Origin: an uncultured Klebsiella sp.
GTDB lineage: Bacteria; Verrucomicrobiota; Verrucomicrobiia; Limisphaerales; SXTU01
NCBI GenBank assembly: GCA_964591495.1
Contig: CAZQEW010000008.1
Span: forward strand, 2,787-66,786
Direction of reading: 5' to 3'
Length of the DNA: 64,000 nt
Part shown: positions 13,623 through 24,291 of the stretch, in pieces
Layout of the letters: every line of letters starts with the position of its first letter
How positions within the stretch are numbered: the first letter of the stretch is position 1
Position numbers and translations under genes: made by a program
The notes under the pieces: generated by a model
The model's input: only the letters and a program-made list of their open reading frames with translations
Database searches by the model: none
What the model was told of the DNA's origin: nothing

Positions 13623-14894
13623 TCACCGGCGCGCCGTCCTGGCCCCGGCGGCGCCGATGCAGAAGAGATGCTTGTCGCCGCGCAGGTAAAGGCGGCCGTC
13701 ACTGATGGCGGGGGAGGCGTAGGTGGGCTCGCCCAGTTCGTTCTTTGCGACCAGCTCAAAGGTGCGGCCCGGCTTAACGACATAGGCCACGCCGTCGTCA
13801 TTGAGGAAATAGACCAGGCCGTTGGCGGATACGAGCGAGGCGTGGCTGCGGCCGATCTTTTCCGACCACAGCGGTTCGCCGGTCTTGGCGAGGAGGCAGT
13901 TGGCGTGCCCTTGGTCGCCGACGACGAGGAAGTAATCGCCCTCGCTGATGGGCGAGGGCACGTAGGAAACCATGCTCGCCTTCGTGTGGTGCCACGCAAC
14001 CTGTGGATGGGTGATTTCGGGCAGGTGGTAGATGTCGCCGAGGTGGCCGCTGCCGGTGTGGCGCAGGCCGAGCAGGTGGTGCTGGGGGAAGCCGGCGGTC
14101 ATGAAAAGGAGGTCGGCCTTTTCGTTGTAAACGAGGGAGGCGACGTATTGCTCGGTCGGCCCCTTGAAATACCAGTGTTGCTTGCCGGTGTCGGGGTCGT
14201 AGCTGGCCACGGAGCGGTCGCCGGAGAGGATCATCTGCGTGCGGCCGGAAAGCTGGCGGATGAGCGGGGCGCAATAGCTGCGGGTCTTGTTCGCGCGCGG
14301 CACCTTCCAGAGCGTCTTGCCCGTCGCCTTGTCGAGGGCGGCGAGGTAGCTCTCGCCGTCGTGGTCGCCGTTCACGATGACCTTGTCATTGTGCAGGATC
14401 GGCGAGGTGCAAAAGCCGTGGACGCTTTTGAAGACGCCGGGCCGCGCGACCCACTGCGGTTTGCCGGTGAAGTCATACGCCGCGACCACCATGTCCTGCA
14501 CGTCGAGGAACGCGACGTAAACAAGCTTCCCATCGGTCGCGGGCGTGCTGGACGCATGGCTGTTCTCGCGGTGCTTCTTCTCCAGCGGCGACTTCACGAC
14601 GGTCTGCGACCAGAGAACCTTGCCCGAGTGCTTGTCGAGGCAGAGCAGGTTGCGGCCCTCGGTATCCGCCACGGCCTCGACAATGAACAGCCGGTCGCCC
14701 CACACGATGGGCGACGCGTGGCCGATGGCGAGCGGGGTCTTCCACAGCACGTTCTCGGTGCCGCTCCACTTCACCGGGACATTCTTCTCCGTGCTCGTGC
14801 CGTCCCCGCGCGGGCCGCGCCACGCAGGCCAGTTCTCGGCGAGGGCACCATGGGCGAGCGAGAGCAGGACGGCTAAAGTGGTGAAGTGTTTCAT
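13623..14894 (-). CDS. PQQ-like beta-propeller repeat protein (secreted)
   Basis: Starts at MKHFTTLAVLLSLAHGALA (signal peptide), followed by ENWPAWRGPRGDG and repeated propeller blades. Confidence 0.8.
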   Translation of the reverse strand: MKHFTTLAVLLSLAHGALAENWPAWRGPRGDGTSTEKNVPVKWSGTENVLWKTPLAIGHASPIVWGDRLFIVEAVADTEGRNLLCLDKHSGKVLWSQTVVKSPLEKKHRENSHASSTPATDGKLVYVAFLDVQDMVVAAYDFTGKPQWVARPGVFKSVHGFCTSPILHNDKVIVNGDHDGESYLAALDKATGKTLWKVPRANKTRSYCAPLIRQLSGRTQMILSGDRSVASYDPDTGKQHWYFKGPTEQYVASLVYNEKADLLFMTAGFPQHHLLGLRHTGSGHLGDIYHLPEITHPQVAWHHTKASMVSYVPSPISEGDYFLVVGDQGHANCLLAKTGEPLWSEKIGRSHASLVSANGLVYFLNDDGVAYVVKPGRTFELVAKNELGEPTYASPAISDGRLYLRGDKHLFCIGAAGARTARR

Positions 14895-15125
14895 GGGATG
14901 GGCACGGAGCAATCGAGGCTCAGACTTGGCCCGATGCCAAGGTATTTAACCCGGTCGTGCGATACCAGGCTGGCCACCCCCGCGTCCTTTAAGGTTCGCG
15001 GTTTATGAATAAGCGCCGATCCGGCAATCCAGCCTTGGGGCTTGATTTGCTGCGCGGGTATGCCGGATAGTCCGATGGTTCGCCGCCGATTTGCGTCAGC
15101 TACGCCATCGGTAGCGAACACAGAA

Positions 15126-15404
15126 ATGAGCCGCTGCCGGGTTGTGGTGCTTTATTCGGGTCGCGTGCAGGGCGTCGGTTTCCGCTATACCGTCAGACAA
15201 TTGGCGGCGGGTTACGAAGTGACTGGCACGGTGCGTAATCTGCCCGACGGCCGAGTGGAACTTGTGGCCGAAGGTGCACGCGATGAGTTGGAAGCGTTCC
15301 GGCAGGGCATCCGGGACGCCGGGCTGGGTGGGTTCATCCGGCAGGAAGACGCCCAGTGGGCCGAAGCCCGCAGTGAGTTTCGCGGTTTTGAAATAGTCCG
15401 ATAA
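15126..15404 (+). CDS. acyP: Acylphosphatase
   Basis: 92 aa from the internal ATG. Signature is GRVQGVGFRYTVRQLA...GTVRNLPDGRVELVAEG. Confidence 0.85.
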   Translation: MSRCRVVVLYSGRVQGVGFRYTVRQLAAGYEVTGTVRNLPDGRVELVAEGARDELEAFRQGIRDAGLGGFIRQEDAQWAEARSEFRGFEIVR

Positions 15405-15414
15405 ACGCCGTTCA

Positions 15415-16137
15415 ATGAAATACGCGATCATCGCCGACATCCATGCGAACTGGGAAGGGCTCCAGACCGTGCTCGCGGATGCGCAGGCCAACAAGGTGAC
15501 TCATTACGCCTGCTTGGGCGATGTGGTCGGCTACAATGCCAATCCCAAGGAATGCCTCGACCTCGTCCGCTCCATGGGCATGCCCGTGGTCAAGGGCAAC
15601 CACGACGAATACTGCTCGGTAGATGCCGCCCTCGAGGGTTTCAACCCCCACGCCGCCGAGGCCGTCAACTGGACGCGCTCCCAACTGGCCGAGGAGGACA
15701 TCCTCTGGCTCCGTGAACTGCGCTACATCCGGCTCGTCGCCAATTTCACCATCGTCCACGCGACGCTCGATGGCCCCAAACGCTGGGGTTACGTGTTCGA
15801 CAAGCTCGCCGCCGCCTCCAGCTTCACCTACCAGAACACGGGCGTCTGCTTCTTCGGTCACACCCACGTTCCGGTCGCCTTCGTGAAAGACGCCACGGTG
15901 CGCGGCGGGACCTACTCAAAGTTCCGCGTCGAGCCGGGCAAAAAATATTTCGTGAACGTCGGCAGCGTCGGCCAGCCGCGCGACGGCAATCCCAAGTGCG
16001 CCTATGTCATCTACGACATGGACGAGCAGACCATTGAGCTGCGCCGCTTGGACTACGACATCGCCACGGCCCAGGCCAAGATTCGGGCCGCCGGCCTGCC
16101 TGAGCGCCTTGCCGAGCGGCTCGCGCTGGGCAAGTGA
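15415..16137 (+). CDS. Metallophosphoesterase family protein (YfcE/MJ0936-like)
   Basis: Begins MKYAIIADIHAN, and also has GDVVGY, GNHDEY and GHTH motifs. Confidence 0.85.
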   Translation: MKYAIIADIHANWEGLQTVLADAQANKVTHYACLGDVVGYNANPKECLDLVRSMGMPVVKGNHDEYCSVDAALEGFNPHAAEAVNWTRSQLAEEDILWLRELRYIRLVANFTIVHATLDGPKRWGYVFDKLAAASSFTYQNTGVCFFGHTHVPVAFVKDATVRGGTYSKFRVEPGKKYFVNVGSVGQPRDGNPKCAYVIYDMDEQTIELRRLDYDIATAQAKIRAAGLPERLAERLALGK

Positions 16138-16174
16138 GGCTCCGGGCACCGCCAGGCAAACGCCGTCCTGAACC

Positions 16175-16211
16175 GAACGCGTCCGCTCCGCCGGGCGCGT
16201 TTCGTTTTATT
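16175..16211 (+). terminator. Candidate intrinsic terminator
   Basis: AACGCG pairs with CGCGTT (6-bp stem, 14-nt loop), followed by TCGTTTTATT. It lies 38 nt after the stop of the metallophosphoesterase gene. Confidence 0.4.
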
Positions 16212-16282
16212 GGGAACCCGACCCGCGCGTTTTCGTTGTGCCCCAGCCGCCCGTTTGTGGCTAACCTCCCAGCCTCATTGCG

Positions 16283-17296
16283 GTGAAGGTTCTCATTCTC
16301 AAGCCCAGTTCGCTCGGCGATGTGGTTCAGGCCCTGCCGGTCCTGCGCCTCCTCAAGCAGCACCGTCCCGCGGCCGAGGTCCATTGGTGGCTCGCCGCCG
16401 AGTTGGCGCCGCTGCTGGAGGACGACGCCGACATCGCCCGGCTCATCCCCTTCGAGCGCAAGCAATGGCGCAAACCTGCCTACTGGCCGCGCGGTCTTGC
16501 GCAGGTTCAAGCCATGCGGGCCGCCCGCTACGACTGGGTGATCGACCTTCAGGGCTTGGCCCGCAGTGCGGCCTTTGCGTGGCTCGCGGACGGCGCGTTC
16601 ACCGTCGGCCTCGAACTGGAGCGCGAGGGCGCGCATCTGGCCTACGATCTCGCCGTGCCGCGCCCAAAGGACCGGCCGCATGCGGTGGACTGGTATCTCG
16701 CCGTGGCCCGCGCGCTGGGCATTCCGGTGCACGATGACTTCGACTGGCTGCCGGCGCGGCCCTCCGTTGCCGCCCAAGTGGAACTCAAGTGGGCCCGCGA
16801 CGGCTTCCGCTGGCTCGGCATCAACCCCGGCGCGCGTTGGGACAACAAACGCTGGCCCGCCGGGCATTTCGCCGAACTCGTCCGGTTGCTCGCCGCCCGC
16901 GATGCCCGCCTCCGCTTTGCCCTGCTGGGTGGCTCCGGCGATTGGCAGCTCACCGAAGCCATCCGCGCCGCTGCGCCGGACCGCTGCGAGAACTTCGCCG
17001 GCCGCACCGCGCTGCCGGAACTCATCGAAGTCCTGCGCCGCTGCGAACTGCTCGTGACCAACGACACCGGACCGATGCACCTCGCCGCCGCGCTGCGCAA
17101 GCCGGTGGTCTCCCTCTTCGGCCCCACGCGCCCCGACCAGACCGGTCCTCATGGCCAGACGCACCTTGCGCTGACGCACCCGCTTCCCTGCGCGCCGTGC
17201 ATGAAAGGCCGGTGCCATTGGGCCGAGCCGCTGGCTTGCCTGGCGGGCATCCCGGCCATGCGGGTGGCTGACGCGGTTTGGCGGCGGCTGGCCTGA
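16283..17296 (+). CDS. Glycosyltransferase family 9 (heptosyltransferase-like)
   Basis: GTG start. Begins MKVLILKPSSLGDVVQALPVLRLLK, and has VTNDTGPMHLAAAL near the C-terminus. Confidence 0.8.
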   Translation: MKVLILKPSSLGDVVQALPVLRLLKQHRPAAEVHWWLAAELAPLLEDDADIARLIPFERKQWRKPAYWPRGLAQVQAMRAARYDWVIDLQGLARSAAFAWLADGAFTVGLELEREGAHLAYDLAVPRPKDRPHAVDWYLAVARALGIPVHDDFDWLPARPSVAAQVELKWARDGFRWLGINPGARWDNKRWPAGHFAELVRLLAARDARLRFALLGGSGDWQLTEAIRAAAPDRCENFAGRTALPELIEVLRRCELLVTNDTGPMHLAAALRKPVVSLFGPTRPDQTGPHGQTHLALTHPLPCAPCMKGRCHWAEPLACLAGIPAMRVADAVWRRLA

Positions 17297-17304
17297 GCGC
17301 CCCG

Positions 17305-18498
17305 TCAAACACCTTCCCCGACCCCCGTTGCGTGACGGAGGTGCGTGGCAAGCCAGTGCAGCTCCTCATTCGTCAGATGGGTGAAAAAGCCGTGTTTCTT
17401 CCCGTCACTTGTCTGCACTTTCAGCTCCTGCACCGGCACGTTGTTGATCCTGATGCCGCTGTCGCCGATTTGGATGGCGGCCAGGACACCAGCGGGTCGC
17501 TTGAAGGTTTTCGTGCCGAACAGCGACTGCTCAACGATGATCAGCTCATCGCGCGACGCCCGCAGGCTGGCTTTGCGCCGCATTTGGTTCACGGCGCCGG
17601 CCAGCAGCCCGATGCCGACCAGCCCGAAGGCTCCGATGATGAGGGCAGGCACTGTCTTACTTTGGACCCGGCGGCGCTTCGCCGTCTCGGGAGCGACGAC
17701 GAAAACCGTCCCGATGATGCTAATGAATGTCAGCCAGATAATCGCGAAGACCAGCAGCCCGCGCGTGGCCCGCGCCCCCTGCGGCGGCACCACGACCACG
17801 ATCCCGCCGGCTTGGTTCTGAATCGCGATGTTGGTCTTGGCCGGCGGATCAAGCCGGTCGCCACGGATAAGGTTTCGGTCAATCTCCGGGTTGGACTGCG
17901 TCAACGTGACCGGGCCCGGCGCGGTGCCAGTCCGGGCGGCGATGTCCATGTTGAGCTGGGCGGCCAACGCCTCCGCCCACTCGCGCGGATAGCCGAGCAC
18001 CACCTGCCGCGGCCGGGCATCACCCACGTCGGCGGTCAGCGCCCCCACCTCGGACATGGGGCCGGAATTCACGGGTTGGCCGTTAGGCTGCATCGCGCGG
18101 GCGGAAAACACGAAGCGGCGGATATCCTTGAGCGGAATCCGGCGCGTCCATCGGAAAGGCCCGCCGCGCTCGCGCGCCAGCAGTTCGCCGTCGCGGACTT
18201 CAACCTCGGCGCGTCCGCACCAGGCAAACACCCCCAGGCCGATGATGCCCACCCCGACGACCAGGAACGGCAGGCCAAACAGCGCGAATATCATGTTGGC
18301 CGGACCGGGCGTGCCCTTGAGCAGGAAGCCCAGCACGCCCAGAATCCACAGGACTGCAAAACCGGCGAAGAACGTGCCAGCGAGAATGACGAAGAGGGCA
18401 ACGAGCTTGAGCGGCCCCGTTTCGCGTGGCGGCAGACGGTAGCAAACCCCCTGACGGCTGGTCTCCACGCGGATTTCGGGCGGCAGCGGTGGGTTCAT
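17305..18498 (-). CDS. Hypothetical membrane protein with an internal two-module duplication
   Basis: 397 aa. It has two copies of the module [short strand-PP-G, TM, TM, soluble region]. For example, IRVETSRQGVCYRLPPR matches IAIQNQAGGIVVVVPPQ, and GRAEVEVRDGELLARE matches RKASLRASRDELIIVE. Confidence 0.7.
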   Translation of the reverse strand: MNPPLPPEIRVETSRQGVCYRLPPRETGPLKLVALFVILAGTFFAGFAVLWILGVLGFLLKGTPGPANMIFALFGLPFLVVGVGIIGLGVFAWCGRAEVEVRDGELLARERGGPFRWTRRIPLKDIRRFVFSARAMQPNGQPVNSGPMSEVGALTADVGDARPRQVVLGYPREWAEALAAQLNMDIAARTGTAPGPVTLTQSNPEIDRNLIRGDRLDPPAKTNIAIQNQAGGIVVVVPPQGARATRGLLVFAIIWLTFISIIGTVFVVAPETAKRRRVQSKTVPALIIGAFGLVGIGLLAGAVNQMRRKASLRASRDELIIVEQSLFGTKTFKRPAGVLAAIQIGDSGIRINNVPVQELKVQTSDGKKHGFFTHLTNEELHWLATHLRHATGVGEGV

Positions 18499-18559
18499 GA
18501 TGGGAAGCTATTACACCTGCTCTGCGAGGCAACCACGGATCAGCTCGTTCATCCGCGCT

Positions 18560-19714
18560 TCACCGGGCCGCGGCCAGCACGGCGCGGAGTTCGGCCTCTG
18601 ACAGTTGAACCGGGTTGGCCTTCATGCTGCTCGCTTGCATCGCCTTTGGCACGACGGCATTCACGTCCAGCGCCCCCAAGCCCCAGAGGCGCAGCGGCGG
18701 GATTTGCAGCACACGGCAAAGTTCTGCCGTCCATGTCACTCCGTCCTCAGCCGTGGCCTGCGGGCGACCGGTGAGCAGCCGCGCGACCTCCTCGTAGCGG
18801 CGCAAGGCCGGGCTGTCCGGCATGCGTTCGCGGAGGGCGCGGACGTTCGCCGCCATCACGCCAGGCAGCAGCGCGGCGCACACGGCCCCGTGCGGTGCGG
18901 GGAACATTCCGCCAATCGGCGCGGCGAAACCATGCACCGCGCCCAGACCTGCGTTCGCCAGCGCAAGTCCGCCGAACAGACTCGCCAACGCCATGTCTTC
19001 GCGTGCCGACTTGTCCGCGCCATGCTCGTAGGCCCGCCGCAACGAACGTGCGGCACGGCGCATCCCCTCGATGCACAACGCGTCGGTCATTGGGTTGGCC
19101 CGCCCGCAGACATAAGGCTCAATCAGCTGCGTGAGCGCATCCATGCCGGTGCTGGCGGTGAGCGCGGGCGGCAGATCGAGCGTGAGCTCCGGGTCCACCA
19201 ACGCCACGTGCGGGAGCAGATGCGGGCTGCGCAAGCTGGCCTTCACCCGGTGCTCGGGCGACGCGAGGACGGCGTTGCGTGTGACCTCCGCGCCGGTGCC
19301 GGCGGTGGTGGGAATGGCCAGAAGGGGTGCGGCCGGCTTCGTCAGCGGCTGCGCGCGGCCGATGACTTCCAGATAATCCTCTAACTCCCCTCCGTTCGTG
19401 AGCAGCCCAGCGATGGCCTTGGCCGCGTCAATGGCACTCCCGCCACCGAACGCGATGACGCAATCGCAGTCTGCCGCGTGCGCCTGCTCAACGCCGGTCC
19501 GCACCGCATCCGTGGTCGGCTCACCGGCGAGGCAACAGACTTCCGCCGATGCTCCAGCCAGCTTGAGCTGTTCGACGAGTCGTTGCGCGCGTGCGGCCGA
19601 TTTGCCGGTGACCACGAGCGCGCGCCGCCCGAGCGATGGGACGATGGCGTTGGCCTGTTGAAACGTGCCGGGGCCGAAGATGATGCGGCTGGCAGTGGCG
19701 AACTCGAAGGTCAT
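18560..19714 (-). CDS. Iron-containing alcohol dehydrogenase
   Basis: 384 aa. Has the blocks AFGGGSAIDAAKAIA, IPTTAGTGAEVT and GLGAVHGFA. Confidence 0.9.
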   Translation of the reverse strand: MTFEFATASRIIFGPGTFQQANAIVPSLGRRALVVTGKSAARAQRLVEQLKLAGASAEVCCLAGEPTTDAVRTGVEQAHAADCDCVIAFGGGSAIDAAKAIAGLLTNGGELEDYLEVIGRAQPLTKPAAPLLAIPTTAGTGAEVTRNAVLASPEHRVKASLRSPHLLPHVALVDPELTLDLPPALTASTGMDALTQLIEPYVCGRANPMTDALCIEGMRRAARSLRRAYEHGADKSAREDMALASLFGGLALANAGLGAVHGFAAPIGGMFPAPHGAVCAALLPGVMAANVRALRERMPDSPALRRYEEVARLLTGRPQATAEDGVTWTAELCRVLQIPPLRLWGLGALDVNAVVPKAMQASSMKANPVQLSEAELRAVLAAAR

Positions 19715-19790
19715 GGCAATCCGGTAGTGGCCGACGGTTGAGACTTCGTTCCAGCCCAGCAGCGGCAGCCAGCGTTAAGCACGCCGGCTC

Positions 19791-20096
19791 CTACCACCCC
19801 GCGTCTTCGGGAAACACGTTCCCAAACTTCACGCTCGTGCGCGGCGCGGCCATCATCGGGGCCACGGTGTCACGCCAAGTGGCGTAGTGCGTGGTCTCCT
19901 TGTGCTGTGCAGGTGCGTCGGCGGTGCGATAGGCCTCGACGAGCACGAAGCGCGTCGGGTCATCCGCCTGCTGCATCACGTCGAAGCGCGCGATGCCCGG
20001 CTCCTGCACGCTGGCGCGCGCGTTGGCGAGCGTCGCGGCCTTGAAGGCCTCGACACACTCGGGCTTCACCTGGACTTGAACGTGGACGACGAGCAT
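19791..20096 (-). CDS. ABM-domain (antibiotic biosynthesis monooxygenase-like) protein
   Basis: 101 aa. Has [40 protein letters not shown]...FVLVEAYR, which fits a ferredoxin-like ABM fold. Confidence 0.75.
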   Translation of the reverse strand: MLVVHVQVQVKPECVEAFKAATLANARASVQEPGIARFDVMQQADDPTRFVLVEAYRTADAPAQHKETTHYATWRDTVAPMMAAPRTSVKFGNVFPEDAGW

Positions 20097-20107
20097 GGCC
20101 GGGCGGG

Positions 20108-20620
20108 TCAGAAGCCCATTTTCTGCAGCTCAAGCTGGAGCAGTTCCTGGAATTCCATCACGTCCGCCTGCGAGGGTTTGTAGCCCTTTTGTGCGGGCAC
20201 GACGCCCATGCGGCCCATCTGGTCGAGATACCAGTCGGCGGTCTGGCCGTCGCTGAACGTGACCTTGCCGCTGACGATGGTGCCGGGCCGGGCGATGGCG
20301 TCGGTGGAGAGCTTTACGCCGCCGAGCCCTGGCGCATCGGCTTCGGGTGCCAAAGGCGCGGCTGAGGCCGGGGCGATGGGCTTGGCCGGGCCGGCGGTGG
20401 TGCCGGGGGGCGGGGCAGCGAGGGGGGAGTTGGGAGCGGGCTGCTTCGGCGGCTCGGGATCCTTTGGTTTTAGCCGCAGATCGTCCAGCAGGAAGCGCAC
20501 TTCCATGTAGGTCATGCTCACGCCCAGTTCGGCGGAAATCTTCTTCTGCACGTCGGCCACCTTGAGGCCCTGTTCGAGCCAGGTGGAAATCTGCTGCTTT
20601 TGGGCGTCGGTTAAGTTCAT
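20108..20620 (-). CDS. Hypothetical protein (helical N-domain, Pro-rich linker, beta-rich C-domain)
   Basis: 170 aa from the internal ATG ([35 protein letters not shown]...). The listed longer ORF would overlap dusB. Confidence 0.55.
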   Translation of the reverse strand: MNLTDAQKQQISTWLEQGLKVADVQKKISAELGVSMTYMEVRFLLDDLRLKPKDPEPPKQPAPNSPLAAPPPGTTAGPAKPIAPASAAPLAPEADAPGLGGVKLSTDAIARPGTIVSGKVTFSDGQTADWYLDQMGRMGVVPAQKGYKPSQADVMEFQELLQLELQKMGF

Positions 20621-20687
20621 GTGCGATGCGACCGCCTTGATACGCCCTTGCCGGCGCGGCTGCAAGCTGCGCGCTCGCGGCCCGGCC

Positions 20688-21791
20688 TCACCAGACCTCC
20701 ACCGGCCCCTTCGGCACAGGGATGCTCTGCCGCTGCGCGGACGCGGGGTCCTGCATGAAGCTCGCCACCATCGGCGGCGGGGCGAAGCGCGGGAGCAACT
20801 GTCCGTCGCCATCGCAGAACTGCTGCCGCCAGCGCAGGTAGCGCTCCAGCACGTCGTGGAATTCCGTGCGGCTGCCGATGGTCACGACCTTCTTGTTGAA
20901 CTCGTTCACCGGGCCGAACCGCTTGGAATACCACGGTGCGACCTTGCGGAACATCCGGCAGCCGTGCTCCTCGCCGAACACCTCGACCATCAAGTCCAGA
21001 TGCCGGCACATCACGCGGATGCGCTCCTCAAACTTCGGCTCCGGCAGCAGCTCGCCCGTCGCGATCAGATGCCGCGTCTGCGAGAAAATCCACGGGTTGT
21101 AAAACGCCCCGCGGCCCACGCTCACGCCTGCGCAGCCGGTGTCGTTGAACATCTTCTGCGCCGCCTCGGGCGTGGTCACGTCGCCGTTGCCGATGACGGG
21201 AATTTTCACCGCCTCGACGACTTTGCGGATGCCCGCGAGGTTCACTGTGCCGCTGAAACCCTGTTCGCGCGTGCGGCCGTGAACGAAGATGGCCGCCACG
21301 CCGACGCCTTCGAGCGCGCGGGCCAGTTCCGGCGCGGTGATGTTCTCGTCATCCCAGCCGAGACGCATCTTGGCCGTCACGGGGATTTTCACGGCCGCGA
21401 CCATGCCCTTCACCAGTGCGGCAGTCTTGTCGTGCTCCGTCATCATCGCGGAACCGCCGCCCACGCGGCAGACCTTGCGGACGGGGCAGCCCATGTTGAT
21501 GTCCACGCTGGCGATGCCGCGCCGTTCCAGGTCCACCGCCGCGTCGCGCATCTCCCCGGGCACGGAGCCGAAAAGCTGCACGGCCAGCGGGCGGTCGCGC
21601 TCGTTGGTCTCGATGAGCTTGAGCGCCTTCTTGTTTCGCTCGAGCAGCGAGCGCGCGTTGACCAGGTCGGTGGTGCACAGGTCCACGCCGCCGACCTCGC
21701 GGATGACGAGGCGGAACGGCAGGTTCGTGTAACCCGCGAGGGGCGACAGAAACAGGTTCGACTGAAGTTCAAGCGGACCGAGCCGGAACAT
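20688..21791 (-). CDS. dusB: tRNA-dihydrouridine synthase
   Basis: 367 aa. Has LSPLAGYTNLPFR, VDINMGCPVRKV and FVHGRTREQ. Confidence 0.9.
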   Translation of the reverse strand: MFRLGPLELQSNLFLSPLAGYTNLPFRLVIREVGGVDLCTTDLVNARSLLERNKKALKLIETNERDRPLAVQLFGSVPGEMRDAAVDLERRGIASVDINMGCPVRKVCRVGGGSAMMTEHDKTAALVKGMVAAVKIPVTAKMRLGWDDENITAPELARALEGVGVAAIFVHGRTREQGFSGTVNLAGIRKVVEAVKIPVIGNGDVTTPEAAQKMFNDTGCAGVSVGRGAFYNPWIFSQTRHLIATGELLPEPKFEERIRVMCRHLDLMVEVFGEEHGCRMFRKVAPWYSKRFGPVNEFNKKVVTIGSRTEFHDVLERYLRWRQQFCDGDGQLLPRFAPPPMVASFMQDPASAQRQSIPVPKGPVEVW

Positions 21792-21847
21792 GGGGGGAGG
21801 ATTGAGCGGGCTGGCAGGCTAGGCAAGCGTGGGTGGAGAAACCTTTC

Positions 21848-21963
21848 AACGCAAAGCCGCAAGGACGCAAAGACGCGGAGAAAGGGCAGGCGAAGAAATC
21901 CGCCCGTAAGGTTTACTCCATCTCTTTTCTTCTCTGCGTCCCTGCGCCTTTGCGTCCTTGCGT
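21848..21963. repeat. Intergenic imperfect inverted repeat whose arms are 4x 8-mer arrays (REP-like)
   Basis: The left arm is ACGCAAAG CCGCAAGG ACGCAAAG ACGCGGAG AA. The right arm is TT CTCTGCGT CCCTGCGC CTTTGCGT CCTTGCGT. The arms are complementary at 27 of 34 positions and about 46 nt apart. Confidence 0.75.
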
Positions 21964-21974
21964 AAAGAAACGGC

Positions 21975-22658
21975 TCACCGCTCGTAGAGCCGCCTCAGTT
22001 CCTCCAACGGCACGCCCCGGTAGTAGCCCAGCGTCACCCGCCACATCAGCAGGTAAGTCCGCAGCGTGCCGAGCTTGGCGAATTTCCGGGCCGAGGTGAC
22101 CACCGTTGCATCCGCCAGCGCGATCCGGCCCAGTGGACGCAGCCGCTTGCACAGCTCGAACTCCTCCATCAGCGGCACATCCGGCACGCCGCCGATGTGG
22201 TCGAGCGTGTCACGGCGCAGGAAGATGCCCTGGTCCGCCATCACGCGCTGGGCGACCAGCAGCCGCCACCAGCATTTGAAGCGCGAGCCGCGCACCAGCC
22301 AGTTCGGCGGGTCGCGGAAGACCTTGTAGAAACCACCCGCCACGACGCCGGGCCGCGCAAGGCAGTCGAGCAGAGCGCGCCCCGCGTGCGGGGGAATCCA
22401 AGTATCCGCGTGCAGGAACAGGAGAACTTCGCCGGTGGCCCGCACCGCGCCGGCGCGCAATTGCCGCCCGCGCCCCGGCTCGCCGTTGACTACGAGGCAG
22501 CCGGCGGCTTCCGCCAGCTTTACGGTGTCGTCCCGGCTGCCGCCGTCCGCGAGGATGATTTCCTTCACCTCCGGCACGAGCCGTATCCGCCTTAGAGTTT
22601 CGGGCAGCACACCCGCCTCGTTGAGCGCGGGGATGATGACGGAGATGCAGCCGCTCAT
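21975..22658 (-). CDS. Family 2 glycosyltransferase (TIGR04283-like)
   Basis: 227 aa. Has ISVIIPALNEAGVLPETL, ILADGGSRDDT, LFLHADTW and ADQGIFLRR...PLMEEFEL. Confidence 0.8.
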   Translation of the reverse strand: MSGCISVIIPALNEAGVLPETLRRIRLVPEVKEIILADGGSRDDTVKLAEAAGCLVVNGEPGRGRQLRAGAVRATGEVLLFLHADTWIPPHAGRALLDCLARPGVVAGGFYKVFRDPPNWLVRGSRFKCWWRLLVAQRVMADQGIFLRRDTLDHIGGVPDVPLMEEFELCKRLRPLGRIALADATVVTSARKFAKLGTLRTYLLMWRVTLGYYRGVPLEELRRLYER

Positions 22659-22682
22659 GTGAGGCTGCGCGGACGGGCCGCG

Positions 22683-24224
<1,542 letters not shown>

Positions 24225-24268
24225 GCGAAAAGCGGAGTGTTTGCCAACGCGGGCGGGGAAGGGCGAGG

Positions 24269-24290
24269 AAAAAGACGGCCGGCCCGGCCG
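24269..24290 (-). terminator. Candidate intrinsic terminator after the nucleotidyltransferase gene
   Basis: On the minus strand, CGGCC pairs with GGCCG (5-bp GC stem, 5-nt loop), followed by TCTTTTT. It lies immediately after the TAA stop at 24292-24294. Confidence 0.5.
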
Positions 24291-24291
24291 C

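Noticed and set aside
12025-13689. 554-aa plus-strand ORF
   Set aside because: It is antisense to pyrG, which has unmistakable CTP synthase motifs. The translation is Arg/Ala/Gly/Leu/Val-rich and low in complexity, which is typical of shadow ORFs in GC-rich DNA.
15072-15118. Complementary segments CCGATGG/CCATCGG and TTCGC/GCGAA just upstream of acyP, in pseudoknot-like order
   Set aside because: The stems are short and could arise by chance in GC-rich DNA. I have no conservation evidence, so I did not call it a regulatory RNA.
16007-18774. ORFs 16007-17308 (minus strand, 433 aa) and 17278-18774 (plus strand, 498 aa)
   Set aside because: They are antisense to the GT9 gene and to the duplicated membrane protein, respectively. 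The called genes have coherent motifs or TM segments, and these ORFs do not.
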